Assembly: GCF_001949145.1 (NCBI RefSeq)
Contig: NW_019091358.1
Span: 93,984 to 157,983, forward strand
DNA length: 64,000 bases
Reading direction: 5' to 3'
DNA from: Acanthaster planci
Taxonomy: Eukaryota
Position 1 is the first letter of the stretch, and every line of letters starts with the position of its first letter. The position numbers were made by a program, and so were the translations under genes. This document shows positions 39,401 through 53,439 of this stretch, one piece after another. The notes below the pieces were generated by a model. It worked only from the letters and a program-made list of their open reading frames with translations, did not search any database and had not been told where the DNA came from.

Positions 39401-42400
39401 AAAGTGTGGCAGCAGACAAAAGGAGGTTGCCAGATGGGATGTTCTGGAACCATGGCTGGCTCTCCCAGATCTGCTGCCCCAGACTGCAACTTCGGCACTC
39501 CAGGGTTACTGACAGCATGGTGCCACTGCCTGATGATGACATCATACGATCTGCAACTAAAGCATCTCTTCAGTAGTGGAAACAGCCAGGACACACACAC
39601 AATGTACTTTCATTCAGTATGGGCATCCATATTGCCAATTTTAGTGTAGTCTACCACTGTGCGTAGGCTCATCCCTCTTTTCCTGCATAAAACATTCAAA
39701 AGAAATTTTGAAGAAATATCAAGTAACAACAAAGAATAGTGAATGGAAGTAATTCCCTGTAGGGATGCCACCCAGATGTCCTAAATTTATTGGGTCATGC
39801 AGTAAAAAGTATTTTTGAACAACTGCAAAATGTTTCTACCATAATACATGTCCCCTTATATGTTAAACTTTGGGTCCCTTTCATGTCATAGTAGGAAATG
39901 AGGCCCTAAAATGAGGACTTCCTTCCTATTAAATATACACAGGCAAGTGTACTTATTCTTACTTTCTTCACCAAAAAATTCTTACTCAACACGGATGACG
40001 TACATTAATAATGAGGAATGCAATTTACCATTTGATGGGTCTTTTAGTTTTCTTGTGGGGGGTGGAGGGGTAATCTGATGATGATCCAGATGATTTAGGT
40101 GTGTAACCAGGAGACTCCGGTTGTGATTGGCTAACATCTTCCTTCTCATTAGAGCTGCTACTCTCCTCATCAGGGCCATCATCTAACAGCTTGCACATGA
40201 CACCAGTGGAAGTCGTGGGTTCCTTAGCCAACATGCTTTGGCTTCTTGTGCGCTCTGTCGCCTGCACAGCTATATGAAGTAAAATATTGGCATATGGCAT
40301 TATATCATTAGCAAGAAAAAAGAATAAAAGCATTAACTGTTGACTTACTTTCAAGTTTATGTTTAAATCAGGAATTTTCATCAACCTTGGGACACATGAC
40401 TCTAATACTTAACCAAGCAAAATGTTTACCCCTGATTTTTCTTTCATTGTTTCAATAATTTATTCTTACGTTTCACACGCGTAGCCACTTTGTCAGTCTG
40501 TGTGCCCACAGTCTTCATCTGGCATCTTGACCTCATTGGCACCATGTGTGTAGATGAGCCCAAGTTGTGCTTGTTCTGAAAAAAAAACTTGTATCTGTAA
40601 ATTATAAATGCTTTATTCCAATCCTTGCACTGGTAAAACACCAACGAACATGTAAAGTAGTTTGAGTACCGAATTTTGAAATCTAATTATTCTAGTGTTT
40701 TCAACTTCGATGACCAAAATATTAATTGTAGTCTGATGTCGCCTTTGCAAAGGATGAGTCTTGCTTTCATAGTCATGAAGTCAACTGATGAAGTTTCTCT
40801 CTTACCGCATCAGAACATTCTGCATCAGATGGAATGCACTCTGGCAAACTGGAGTTGTTGCAGGAAGAATTGTCATCTGTTGAACTTGATGCCAGCAGCT
40901 CATCAAGCATCTTGGGGGGAAAGAAAAACAATTTGGATATAAAGCAATTTATTAGGAGTGCCAATGAACAGTAACAAAATCCCAGCAAACCGACTCACCC
41001 AATACCCCCCCCAGCAAAACAACAAGGGAAAACTGAAGGAAAATTGAAATTTCAAATTCCAGTAATTGAAATAAAATGACAAACTTCCTCAGTTTTAAAA
41101 AATAATTTTGTAAAAAATCACTTCACAATTTATTTTTTGGGGGAGGGGGGAGAAAATTAAAAAGCTAGTCCAAGTTAGGAATGCAGGCCAACTGATACGC
41201 AGACTTCCCTGTCCCTTTGGAAAAACATTTTCCCAACATGCCCAAGCCACGTACATACAACACAAGACTGTTGGAGTGGCCCTGTATTCTATAATAGAGC
41301 TCAAGATGAATAATTGAGTGTATGGCGAAAAGGTTCAGCCGGGCATAGAAGCCAAAACAGCACCACAGTAGCAAGATCAGGGCAAAAGTAATAAATAAAT
41401 CATCATGGAATATGAACAGGATCTGATAATGAATAAGTGAACTGTAACAGTGGATTATCCTCACATGGCACGTGTTTGGTAACTGTGGTTACATTTAATT
41501 TAAGTAAAACATTTTAGCCTAGCCATAATTCATATGCTTATTACATGTCCGTATTTGTTATTAACGTCATAGTTATGCCAAGCTTGGTCATGTTGGTCCC
41601 AGGCTAGGTGCCCAATATTTTTTGAAAGCAAGCCTACATTCATGGTATTACAGCTACCAACGCGGTATAACCAATCATGGAATTTGTAGCGTTTTTCCCC
41701 CTTGTAAAAATAAGAACACTTGCATGTACAGTAGATCCCATGTACATTTCTCCCAGCAGTAGATTAGGAGCCTTTAACTTTTAACCCTGTAATGTCAAGC
41801 CTCCTAATTGATTTAAGAGCACTCCTACACAAGGACCCACTTTTCTTGCTTTGGCCTTCTTACCACATTCCTCTGGCAGACTTCTGGTCTAGGATTTATT
41901 ACTTTATACTTAGATTTTAATTAGATTTACCCTTGTTCTTCTGGCCTGTGTTCCCAACCCTATTTTTACCACTTGGTCATTTTTTTAGCCAGTCTCATCA
42001 CAACCACTCTCCAAGCAACATCTCTACGCGCAGTACTCCCACTCTCTCTTGTACAAGTTGTAGAATAGTTTAGAATAAAAGTTCCTTTCTCAAAGTTAGT
42101 ACATGTTGTCAACATTGTTCCTTTTTATACAACACTACTAAAAATTAATGCACACTTATTTAAAACTTGTTGGCGGCGATTTTAAGGTTCCATCATGTTC
42201 CATCATGGAGGCATAATGTTTGCATACAAATACCTGTACTGTACATGTACATGTGCAGTGTTCACTGCATGTACATGATGTACATGTAGGCTAGGCTACG
42301 TACCTACACTTGTGTGTACATGTACATGAGCATGCATGGCAATGTGCCCAATATCCGGACAGACCGTCAACTCACCCGTCTCTTTTCATGTTTCTCTGAA

Positions 42401-42709
42401 GTTTCCCTCCTCCATTTCTTAACTTCTTTAGAGGGGTTTCTTGGGTTAATCTTGGTGGGTATGGCATTTGCCTTCAGCTTTATTGCTCTCTTCATGCCAA
42501 ATTTCTAGTGGATCGCAGTCTTGAAATCACTCTCGTCGAAGTGAGCGCTGCATATTACACTTCTTGCGGATGGCCCCGACCACTTTGCCTTTGTGGGTTG
42601 GACTTTCGTCATCCAAATTCTTGAAAGTTTCTCATTTTTTTTGAACTTGTGCAGACATATCTTCACTGGTGGTGTTGCTGCAACCACCAACGACACTTCG
42701 TGCCGGCAT
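36489..42709 (-). pseudogene. Kolobok transposase, ~10 exons: 42709-42376, 40910-40806, 40575-40470, 40261-40029, 39682-39111, 38990-38804, 38526-38282, 38054-37883, 36919-36771, 36640-36489
   Basis: THAP (ICSAHF..AIPT), GDGREDSPGHSAKFGSY, SNEV.NS.HMELEG, LVTDWH, YDEWHV.K, NHIQDMH...CLH, QTSSLESLHS...FAPK, LAALHHNEN. Has frameshifts, stops and one mutated acceptor. Confidence 0.8.
37060..37253 (+). mobile_element. Penelope-like GIY-YIG C-terminal fragment running into gap 37254-37669
   Basis: KSSIIKHSHTEDHQINWSQAELI...RRIREAMEI...PQDIGFSISNIWRP; related to 23160-24125. Confidence 0.75.
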
Positions 42710-43056
42710 ATCGGCAGAAAAAATAACTAAACAAGTATTTTGGACGGCGAGCACATCGATACAACGATCTAAAAGAAAGAACGCATGGACAGTGAAAGGT
42801 TGAAGTACACGATCGCACACTGGCGATTGTGTTCTGCCGATAACGTCATAGGGTCACATGGTATGCTATCGCAATTTTCGGATTGAAAAGTGGGGTGCCA
42901 TTTTTTGTCGGGAATCTGGCTGTTTTCTCAAAAATGCCATTACTTTATTCAAAAAACAAACTGCCACATGGAAGATCATACTTTCTCTGATCAATTAGAC
43001 ATCAGATTCCTTTCTATATCTGATAACCTTTAAGTAATGTCTCCCTGGTATATTAA

Positions 43057-43645
43057 CCACTTGCTGCCAGGTGCTTTGAAAAATGCAGTGCACACGTATG
43101 GATGATTTTCAAGATTTTCAGTTTTCCAAATTCTTCAAAAATTCATCATTTTATTTAATGAACGTTTACACCCACATGAATGACTGTCTGGCGGCCACTC
43201 TAGTGTGACGGACAAAATTTATTGATGCCTGAGTATTTCAACCAGGCCTGCAGCCTTGTAAAAAGAACCCATAGTGTGCGGTGTTATATAATTTTCTTTT
43301 GTTCTCGAAACCGGCACAGTGCACTGGTGGCATCTTTTCAATACGGGGCCACATGAGCATGCAGCGATATTGCATCACTCATCACTGGAGTGCTGGAGAG
43401 CTTTCGTCCCCGGTGGTAATCTGCTTGCACTGAATGCCACAAATAGTGGTATAATGTTTCAAAACAAGGACGGATTTCCTCCGATCTTGACAACTGAAAA
43501 AATGTTGGTAATCCCCAGCAACTCAGTCTTTTGTGCCGAGCACGGTCTTTTGTTACAAGGCCAAGCTCATTTGTCCGGTTTCAGGCTCCCCGGCTTTGTG
43601 TATGAAGCCCATTTGCTCTAAAACGGGTCTCCCGGTAGCAACAGG
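43057..43645 (+). mobile_element. CCAC-terminus MITE family, copy b
   Basis: ttaa|ccacttgctgccaggtg; colinear with copy a. Confidence 0.7.
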
Positions 43646-43676
43646 ATAAAGCATTAAACTGGCCTTCCTCCTGGCC

Positions 43677-44246
43677 GTGACTACTTCCAGAAGGGGATGT
43701 GAGTCCTCGCCATTGGTGAGGGACATCTACGATGGGAGCCATACGGTGTCATGGGAGCCACATGGTATCTGCTTCATTCCCTCTGTTGACTTCCTCACTA
43801 AAAATCACACTGCTTTTTTGGATCCGCTTGACATTTTTGTACAAACAATTGCTTCACATGCAGGAGATGGTGAGGACAAACACTGGTGCCCAATTCATGT
43901 GCTAAAGTGGTATCTCGCCAAGACCAAGAATCTGATAGGTAGAGTTTCCAAACTATTTATTACCTCCACCAAACCACATCACCCAGCAGCAAAAGACACC
44001 GTAGCACACTTGATAGTCTCGGCCATTAAATTTATCAACCCAAACTGGCCATCACACCCTGATGACCCTTGCAAACACTATATCAGAGCACATGATGTTA
44101 GAGCAGTATCTACGTCTTGGTCTTACTTTTCTGGGATTTCCACTGCAGACATCTGTAAAGCTGCATGCTGTAAGTTGCCCTCTACATTCACCTCCTGCTA
44201 CCTAATGGATGTCATGCAGAGCATGAAGGACACAGAAGGAGTTTGA
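43677..44246 (+). pseudogene. DIRS tyrosine recombinase C-terminal fragment
   Basis: WCPIHVLKWYL...LFI...AKDTVA.LI..AI...RAHDVRAVSTSW...IC.AA...TFT.CY (HxxR and catalytic Y region). Confidence 0.8.
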
Positions 44247-47200
44247 ACTGCCCGGGCTATAACATCTGGCCAATTACTGCTTTCTGTCCATAGCCAGAGC
44301 GCAGTGCATGCCTGAGTGCATGCCTGCTACTCACCACCTGTTTTGCAACCATAAGCCCCCTTTGTACCCCATGATCATCGGCGCAATTTTTCATTGGTAA
44401 CCTGCATCCCTAAAATATTGTGTACTGCAGCATATGAAGTTGAATATTCATACCATCGTTGGTACTTGATATGATCTGACAACAACATCAAATTTACTGC
44501 TTGTGCAGTTGCTTTTATTAGGCTCTGTACCCAAAGTGTTCATGTGCGGTTGTTGCCCTTATCGAACACTGTCTTCTGGACTTCTTTGGGAATAAATAGC
44601 CAAGCTGTTTGTAAGATTTTGAGTTTTATTTGAATCATTTTTATTACGGAATTTACACAAAAAGGTATTTTAAGAGATCTCATGATCACTCCCTGTGAAG
44701 AAACAGCGCATTTTGTTTTTCGTTAACTATTCTGTGGTGTTCAACATGTTGTTGGCCAGTCCTAGCCAAAGTCATACAAACACTTTGAAAACTGATGTTT
44801 TGGAGTGACAAAATAAAATTACAAACATATGCATGGATAATGGAAAAGGGCATCAAAATCTTTAAAAATTATTCAAAACAGCTAAAGTAAATCTAGGCCC
44901 TAATGTTAGATATTTTTCTTTCTGTTTCCTGGTCACTGCGATAAGTTGTAGTTAATTCTAAAGGAAACATCTCAAATTTTGTTATGATATTACTGGCCCC
45001 ACTTGTCCGGCTATTAAGCTGCAGGCAGTAATCAGGAGTTTTTGGAATGTTGTTCGTCTGACTGGGCGGTGATGATCATTAAGCACTTTGATGTGCCAGA
45101 GTTGTAACTCCTTCTGTGTCCTTCCTCCATGTGCAGTGCAACTCCGCACATGGGAAGACAATTCTACTATTGGCAGCACGAAAGTCTCAGGAGTTGCCTG
45201 TACAGGGACAGTCAGCTTGAAGATCCTTACTCAATGATTTCACTATATATTGCTCCTTAGTTTAGTAGAAACTATTATAACGAGGCCTTTTGAGCCTTAC
45301 AAATTACCTTGTTATAATAGTTTTCTTGTATTAACAGTGCTCTTTTTATCTGTGTTCAACTGTACACCACTTAGTGCATATTCCTGTGCTCATGACATTT
45401 ACTTTCAGATAGGTTGGTGCCACTCTGCATATGTAGTGACTGTTTGGGTTGGTAGGGCACCGTAGACTCTTCCCCTACCTAAACAGTTCTTTCCTGCCCC
45501 TCCTCCCCACCTTTGGCTCTGACCCTTTTTGAGTCGCTTTCAAAAAAGACGATCATGGCGGCGAAACCGTGTTGCATTGTAAGAGGTGAGGGTGCACAAT
45601 GGATGATCAGATCTTTCCAGCGAATAATAAATAGTAGTGCCCATTTGGATAGGTAAGCGTGGGTAGTAGACCCAACCCACATTTATTGTGAGGGGAGGAA
45701 ATGCCTTTCCCGGGTAATTGAAACTGAATTGGGGAGCCTGCGCCGTACACAAAAAAACTAAGGGTATTAACCACTTTGTGCCGGGATGTCCAGTACACAG
45801 TGGTTTAAAACCCTACTTGACCCTGACATCAGTGAATACTATCAGATTTTTTTACTCACATCAATTAAAACAATTTAGCAAGTCTTTTGAACTTATTTGG
45901 AGTCCTCATGGGTTTTAAATTTGGCTACAGAAAGACATTTTTGCAATGGATGCATTGGCAAAAGTGCATTATTATTGATCTCCATGAGTGAAGGCACCCT
46001 CTATTGACAGTTAGTTAAAATTCTGGAAAGAGCACACATGCACCCTGTGGCTACTGCACTTTTGGAAAAAATCTGTAACCATTTTTAAGAGATGATCACC
46101 TCAGTTTGGAAGTGAGATCATTATGCATCTGTATTTAATTGCAACGTAACTGGAAAGGAAGGGGGAAATGATGAAAAAAAATCATGTGACTTCATTTCAC
46201 TGTCACTTAATGTTCTTTGAATTTATAGAATTTAAAAAAATGGCAAGGAATTTTTCTTTATTTGAGAGGTGTTATTTCAATGCAGCAAGTTCCTCACTTG
46301 GTCTTTGTCCCTCTTTCATTGAGCATTTTAGTGGTTGAAAGTATGATGTAATCTGAAAAACTGAACAAGTTGCCTTTTCCCAATGACCCTTTCCCATTCA
46401 ATCATGTTTTTCAATTCTTCCTAAAGAGGTAATATTCATTGGGTGACTGTTCCCTTAAAGTGTGCGTGAAGTCAGGGTATGGAATTATGTATGTATTTTG
46501 CTGGTGATCTCAATGAAATTGGCCTCTTTTGTTTAACCCATGATTTTCCTTTCAATTTTTTTTCAATTATCAAGTTGAAATAGACCGTGTTTCTTTCCAT
46601 TGAGGTACATGTACCTGTAGTGCCTCCCTGCTCTATCATGATTTTATCTGAAAAAAAAACCCATTAATTTCAGTATTATTTATTCCTCAGAAGTCTTTGT
46701 CAAAAGTTTTAACATTTCCATTGAAATAAAATGCCGCAAAATGTGTGGAAATATTTCACAATTGAAGAGCTGAGTTCCAAATCAGATGTCCTATTTAGCC
46801 AGTCAATAGGCAGCTTAAAAAACACTCTTATCCGCTATTCCAGGCCATGACACAACACAGAGTCTGAGATAAGCCATGAGCAGATAGAAATGCATCATCG
46901 TTTGGCGTGTTTATATAACAACTTTTACAAAAAATATCTTTTCACCCTCCAGCGTCCGTCGGGATCGACAATTGACATTACCCCTGACAAAAAGCTACAT
47001 TTCTTTCAACTACTTTTCAGTTTAAATTCCACCTAAGCTGTGTTATAAGCCTCAAATTACACTGAGCAATCACCTTCAGTATACTCTACATGTCTCAACA
47101 ATAGAGGGCGCTGTGCATTGTGCTCAAAACAATGTCAAGTCCTGCAAAATGATTTTTGGGCACAATAAATGCATTGCGCGACTCTTCCGCTTGATTATAT

Positions 47201-47501
47201 TTGTAGGCCGATTGTAAAAATGTATCAACAAACATATGTTGATGTATATTTGTCTTGTTTGGTACATTTTATAGTTTACTGCAAAAGGTAATTGCGAATT
47301 TCTGCAATCTATTCAATTTTTTCGAAAGCAAATTTATATCAGCTGAAAGAGCTAAGCTAAGGTGCGTACTTCAGTTAAATATACCATAAAATTATCACAA
47401 AACAAAATAATTTTTGGTGAACATTATCTCATTAGATACTAGTGGACTTATCAAAAGCATAATATAAGGGGGAAAAATGTTTGCACTGTCTGGGTCTTAA
47501 A

Positions 47502-48061
47502 CCACTGTGCTCTACCAGGTACCTTGGGTTTATACGCAGAGCCCGAAATCAGGTAAAAGAGCTAGGTCTTGCAACAAAAGTTCGTACTCGGAACAAAAGA
47601 CCAGGCTGCTGAGAATTGCCAATATTTTTTCAGATGTCAATAGTAGAGGAAATCCATCATTGTTTTGAAAGACAATACCACTGTTTGTTGCTTCAAATTC
47701 AGTGCGAGTGGATTACCGCTGGGGACAGCAGCACTCCAGTGATAAGTGATACAATACTGCTGCACGCTAATCTGGGTCGTATTGAAGAGACTCCAGCAGT
47801 GCACTGTGCCAGTTTCGGGAACGAAAGAAAATTATGTAACACCACACAATCTGGGCTCTTTTTACTAGGCAGCAGGCCTGGCTGAAATACTCAGGTGTCA
47901 ATAGTTGTTGTCTGTCAGGTTAGAGTAGCCACCATTTGTGTTGGTGTAAATGTCTAGGAAATGAAGTTAAACATTTTTTTAGAATTTGGAAAACAGAAAA
48001 AAATGAAAAATCACCCAGCCCAGCAGAATCAACATGGATAAATGGGCCCAGCACGAAGTGG
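47502..48061 (-). mobile_element. CCAC-terminus MITE family, copy c (diverged)
   Basis: ccactgtgct...agcacgaagtgg|ttaa; interior is the reverse complement of copies a/b. Confidence 0.65.
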
Positions 48062-48596
48062 TTAAAATAATGTAGACGATTCTGAATAAAAACTGTTATC
48101 TGTTTTGTCCTATTCATCACTAGGAGAAACCACCTTCTCCATTTATTGATGTGAGTAATGCCAAAGCAGAGGAACAGAAGCTGAATGATCAGAGTATTGA
48201 CACTGATGTATTGAATTTGGACCCAGTAATTCAACTAAAGCCACGGTAAGATTAGCAATTAAACTAGAAATAGTCTGAGCTCTGTGGGTGTATGTCAGGT
48301 CTTTTCTCACTGGAGTTGTGGCTGTGGCAATTTGAGAAATCCTTTTTAATTTTATGGATTTCATTTCCAATTGATCCCAGTTTTGGCTCCTGACTGAGGG
48401 GAAAAAATGTTACACTGTCAACCCAACTCTATCTCTATATTCTGACCAAAAAATTGGCAGTCAGATTGGTGTGGGGTTCGTTTTCCTCCTTCCACCTCTA
48501 CCACCTACAGTTCAAATCCTGTCCAAATCCACCACCTCCCCAAAATGTGTGCAGATTTGTTTCAAGTGCATAAGTAGTGTGTTTGAAATAGGTCAG

Positions 48597-49002
48597 TGTT
48601 TTAAAACAGTATACCATGGTTTGGGGGCCTTTAGAGCGAGTGGATTACCAGCGGGGACAAAAGGGCTCTACCACCACAGCGATGAGCCACACAGCACCGC
48701 TGCTGGCTAATCTGGCCCCTGTTGAAAAGAGGTCAGCAGTGCACTGCGCCAGGTTCGTGAACAAAAGAAAATTACATAACACCGCACAATTAGGGCTCTT
48801 TTTACAAGGCTGCAGACCTGCTGAAATACTCGGACGTCAATAGATTTTGTCAGTCAGATTAGAGTAGCCATCAGACGGTCATTCGTGTGGGTGTAAATGT
48901 CCATGAATTGAAATGAATTTTTGAAGAATTTGGAAAACTGAACATTTTGAAAATATCCCGTGTGTTTGCACTGCATTTTTCAAACCACCTGGCAGCAAGT
49001 GG
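48597..49002 (-). mobile_element. CCAC-terminus MITE family, copy d (truncated)
   Basis: Ends cacctggcagcaagtgg, the reverse complement of the start of copy b. Confidence 0.7.
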
Positions 49003-50894
49003 TAAAACGTTTTGTGCAAATTAAGTTCCATTTTGGAAGGCACAGTAAGACCTATGCAGATCAAATATGTCACAAATGAATCAGCATTTATGTGCTTATT
49101 CAAGATGCTTGGAAAATGAATCAGTTGATAAAACAATGGATTATTTTTCCCCTCCCCTCCAGTGGAAGTCTGTGCCCTCCTTTGATGGCTGCCCCTCCCT
49201 CATTTGAATTATCGCATTGTACATAACCCGCATAAAAGCCACAATTGATTGGTTTTAAGTGCGTTCTTGAAAAACTATGTTCACCCAGAAGTGCCCCCTC
49301 AGAAATATCAGCGTAGTCACACTGCAGGATGATGCAGGTCTTGATAATCAAACTTTAGCTGTTTCACTAGTACACCTCAGAACAACAAAGCCTTCATGTA
49401 ATTGAGAGCTATACAGGGTGTACATGTACATTTGTTTGTTGTGTGTGACTTATTTTAATTTATTATGATTTTATTCTGCTTCACATGTTTTGAAATATGA
49501 TGCCTTGTAGAGACCCAGAAGAATGGGTTGAACAGGTCTTCAGAAGGAATTTCTAAAGGTGTATAGGTATACACATGGATTTCATGATACTGATATTTGG
49601 AAGTTGTTCAAAAAGGAGAAGGTTTTAATGCATAAGAATGTGTTTCAAATAAGGGACGTTCTGTCAAAATTTCAGTCCAGGAGAGTGATTCATGTTGAAA
49701 TTGGAGCATCTTGAAAACATCGTTTGACACGCGGCCGAATTAGTACTGTGGGTTGCGAAGAATGCAGTGAGCCAGTGTTGCCAGTGTTACTCTCATAATG
49801 CAGTCTCAGTCAATGGTCGTACTTGCCAAAGAAGTGAAAACTGTGAATGTTCAACCACTACTTGCACTATAGGGACTGCGCTTCACTTTTTTATGGTTCC
49901 TTATCATGTCAAAAGAATCATTACTGAGTACCACAAGCAAGGGGTCTATTCAAGGCAAAAGGGACTATTAAAGTTTATGGGAGTCAAAAATTTGACGTGA
50001 CTCCAGAAGAGTGACATGCTCTCCACCAAGAAGAAGAGCTGAACTGTCTCACACTCAGGTACAGGCGTAATTGTGAAATAGTGTTTTCATTGGGCTGCAA
50101 CGACAGTTTACTTTAGGATTTAATGATTTCAATATTCTTAATGTTACTTCATGCCCTCATACCATTTTGTGTGTGTAACAGTATTTAACAATAGGCCCTT
50201 CTCAAGAGAGTTGGACAACAGCAGTGTTACAGATCCATTAGGATGGGAAATAAGTTAAGGAAAGAAATAAAGCACAGAGAAGAAAGAGTCCACTGTAAAC
50301 CACTTGTTTAATTTAGGGCCGTTAAATACATACACAGAACGTGATATTTGCTGCCCCCAGACACACACCCATTAGCAGTACTCAAAATTATTACTGCAGC
50401 AGGTTTGCCCACTATCCCACTAAGCCTGAGGTAAGGTTGCCTTCCATTTAAAAATACTATCAAAGGCTTAATAGACAACAGTCATATTTTGTCTTTGTCA
50501 ATCACTGTTTATGTGTTATAATTAAATGTGTGTGCTTTATACGAATATGTACACTTAGATTAGGTATTGGGCAGTATACCTACATCCTGCCTGTATGCAA
50601 GAAGTACAGTCCCCTAACTACTATTGCTTGGTAGAATAACAGTGAAAAATTAATGCCAAATCTGATCCAAATGTAACATGAGTAACTGCAGAATTACATT
50701 AAAGTCCTGTGCTACGAGATAAATCAGTTATTGCAGGATCTAATCCTAGCACTTTAGGGTATTTGATAATTTTCTATTAAAATTGAAGAATTTAGGACTG
50801 TCAGGTTAAAAAAACATAATAAGTTCATTCCAAACATGTGAAGTTGTGTGGTGATTTCAATCATAATATTTGTATATTTTTTTCTCTTGATCAG

Positions 50895-51081
50895 GTTGGT
50901 TTCTTTAACTGAAGATATCTTGCTGCAAATAAGTGGTGCAAGATCCCTTACCTCAATCACAGTTCTTAATCTTCATGGCAATGGATTAACCAAGCTGAAG
51001 TACGTATCATTGCTGACATCCCTGCAGAAGTTGATTGTCAGTTTTAACGAGTTGTCCAAGCTGGAAGACTTGGCACACATG
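50895..51081 (+). CDS. LRRC9: LRRC9 internal exon, leucine-rich repeats (phase 2 to 0)
   Basis: gatcag|...ATG|gtaag; encodes LVSLTEDILLQISG...ITVLNLHGNGLTKLKYVSLLTSLQKLIVSFNELSKLEDLAHM (LxxLxLxxN repeats). Confidence 0.9.
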
Positions 51082-51790
51082 GTAAGATAAACTTTTAAAG
51101 ACGGGCATCAGCAGCTGATTTGTATTGGGATGGCATGAGAACCTAAGGGTTAAGATGCCTTGATTTATACTGTCATCTGCATGCTCTGCATTACATGCTG
51201 TATGCTGTCTTAAGAGTCACGAGTACACATTAACAAAGTTTCTCTTAAACTTAATATTCATTTAATCACAGTTTATTCTTTCCCTGCAGTGATACCTTTG
51301 CCATCTTTTTTTATTTTTTAAACTTAATGAGTGATTTACCCAAGTAAGCATTCACATTTGATGTTTATAGTTTATTCAGGGGTGTGAAATCTCCATGTTT
51401 TAGCTGATTTCTGCCTTTTTGGTTGAGTGTTGAATTTCATTTTCTGCTTTTTTGCCACTGATGGGCCAGATTTTCATGACAACTGGTATGGGACTGAGTT
51501 CTTGTGTCATGCATTAATGTGTGAGTGTTACATGCTCAATGTGCATAGTTTTCTATAAGATTGAAAAAACATTTCTGGACATAAAACTCATCAAAATGTC
51601 TGTGCAACACAAGTATATAATTTTCCAAAGAGGCTCTGACTTGGTTAATATGTTTGACAAGAGCGATCCTCAAGTTACAAATCCACAGAAATAGATGTTA
51701 ATGGAATTCACTATTGACGGGCAAGGTACCACAGTGCACACCATTATAATCAAAAGCCTGGACATGCAATGTGCATTCTTTGTAACTTAA

Positions 51791-52197
51791 CCCCTTCTCA
51801 CCGGGAAGCAGTAAGAGGCGCGTAAAAATTGAGGTCACTCAGTCTGCTTTTCAGCTATTATTCTCGGCCCACGCTCAAGCGAACACTGTGAAAGAAGGCA
51901 TACCCTGGCTCTTGTATATATGATAATTGGTCTTTGTGCGTAGCCCAGAAATGAAAAGACAGATTTTGCATCATAATCACCAGCTTCACAATAGTCCCCA
52001 CTTTGTAAAGAGGCAACGGGAATGTGGAAGCGTGAGTAGATCCACATGCCACCGAACAATGAGCCTTTTCACTGTGTAAATCAAAGCATGTAGAGCACGC
52101 AGGGCCACAAACCGAGAATTTGCGGTTTGGCAGGTGGCCTTCGTGGCCAAGCGAGGCTGGAATTCGGCTTCCAGAAAAAAGTCACGACGTCAAGGGG
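51791..52197 (-). mobile_element. piggyBac-type MITE with both TTAA sites
   Basis: ttaa|ccccttctcaccgg...gacgtcaagggg|ttaa. Confidence 0.8.
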
Positions 52198-52724
52198 TTA
52201 AGAAATGAAATTTTGAAAATGTGGTCAATAGACTTGGGTGGCTCCAGAATTCTCAGAGCCAGTTCTGGCTCCAACAAAGAATCACAATTCTGAGTTAGAA
52301 CTAGCTCCCAAAGATATAAAGAAAAAATCATAAGGTTTAATAAAACACATCAAAAATCTGTTGCTACACTATGCCAGTGCCACACACTTATGGCACAACA
52401 GACTTCCTCTTGGTCTTTTGTGGGTTTTAAGATTATCCACAGTCAGTATTCTGAATTTATGTTGGCTTCTTCATAGACCAGTTGTTGTGGTTGGAACAAA
52501 TCTGCAACATCTGTGTACAACTCAGCACTGCTTCCTCTCTTTATTTTCCATTCAGTGTACATGTACATGTATATTCATTTAATAATCCAGTCAGAACAAG
52601 TGATTGCCATTGCTTTAGTACATGTAACTTTACCTGTGTACAAATGGGATCGTCATCCATTCCGGGGCACTTAGTGTATGGAGTGGATCCCGTGTACTTT
52701 TGAACATGTGCCAATGTATCTTAA

Positions 52725-53439
52725 AGGAACCAGGAAATGAATTTTTTTTAGAACCACTTTTTGTGTATCTCTATACAATACTTCCATGTATGAAAACTGT
52801 TTGACATCTTTTTTGAGTTACCTGAACTGAACGGTACACTTTTCCAAACATTAAAAATTGACCAAGCATTTCTGGACAAGTGAGGGCGCTTTTGCTTTGA
52901 TGTAAATCCAGGAAGACATGGTTCCGGTTGCATGTTTTCATGTTCAAATTGTGAACCCCAGATTTGCTATCTGGGAACATTTATGTGAAAAGGATTTTCG
53001 TTGGATTATTGCCGTATATTTCATGTATTTACACAGCAATAAATTGCCAAAGAAAGTGAAATCTGCCACAGCGGTGGTTAAAAAAATCTAGACATTTCTG
53101 TGTACAAATCAGTGCAACATTGTTTACCAGGCAACATATGGGACGGAGGGTACCCCCCTTACCTGTCTAATCCCTATACACAATCTAGACTATTGATACC
53201 TAACACATCCCCCCCCCCCGAAGTCTGTAAAGAATTCCTGAGATTCCGATCAAACTAAGACCAACACAAAGGCTGGGGGGTTCTCCCCATCCCATATTTT
53301 GCTTCAAATGCAAAAAAGCATCAAAATACGGGTTAAAATTGCAAAACAAACATTTAAAATATGGTTAACTGAAACCAAAGATGCAATTTCAATTTTTTTT
53401 TTGGAAAATTTATTAAAATATTTCTATTTCCTGGTTCCT
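52725..53439. mobile_element. Kolobok-type MITE
   Basis: 14-bp TIR aggaaccaggaaat / atttcctggttcct; TTAA on the left, GTAA on the right. Confidence 0.65.

Larger units (their letters stand above)
35025..43029 (-). mobile_element. Kolobok DNA transposon (THAP-DDE transposase plus convergent KolX), degenerate
   Basis: Right terminus reads ttaa|AGGTTATCAG on the minus strand (43029; TTAA at 43030-33). Contains a spliced transposase and an opposite-strand KolX exon. Left terminus not found. Confidence 0.8.
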
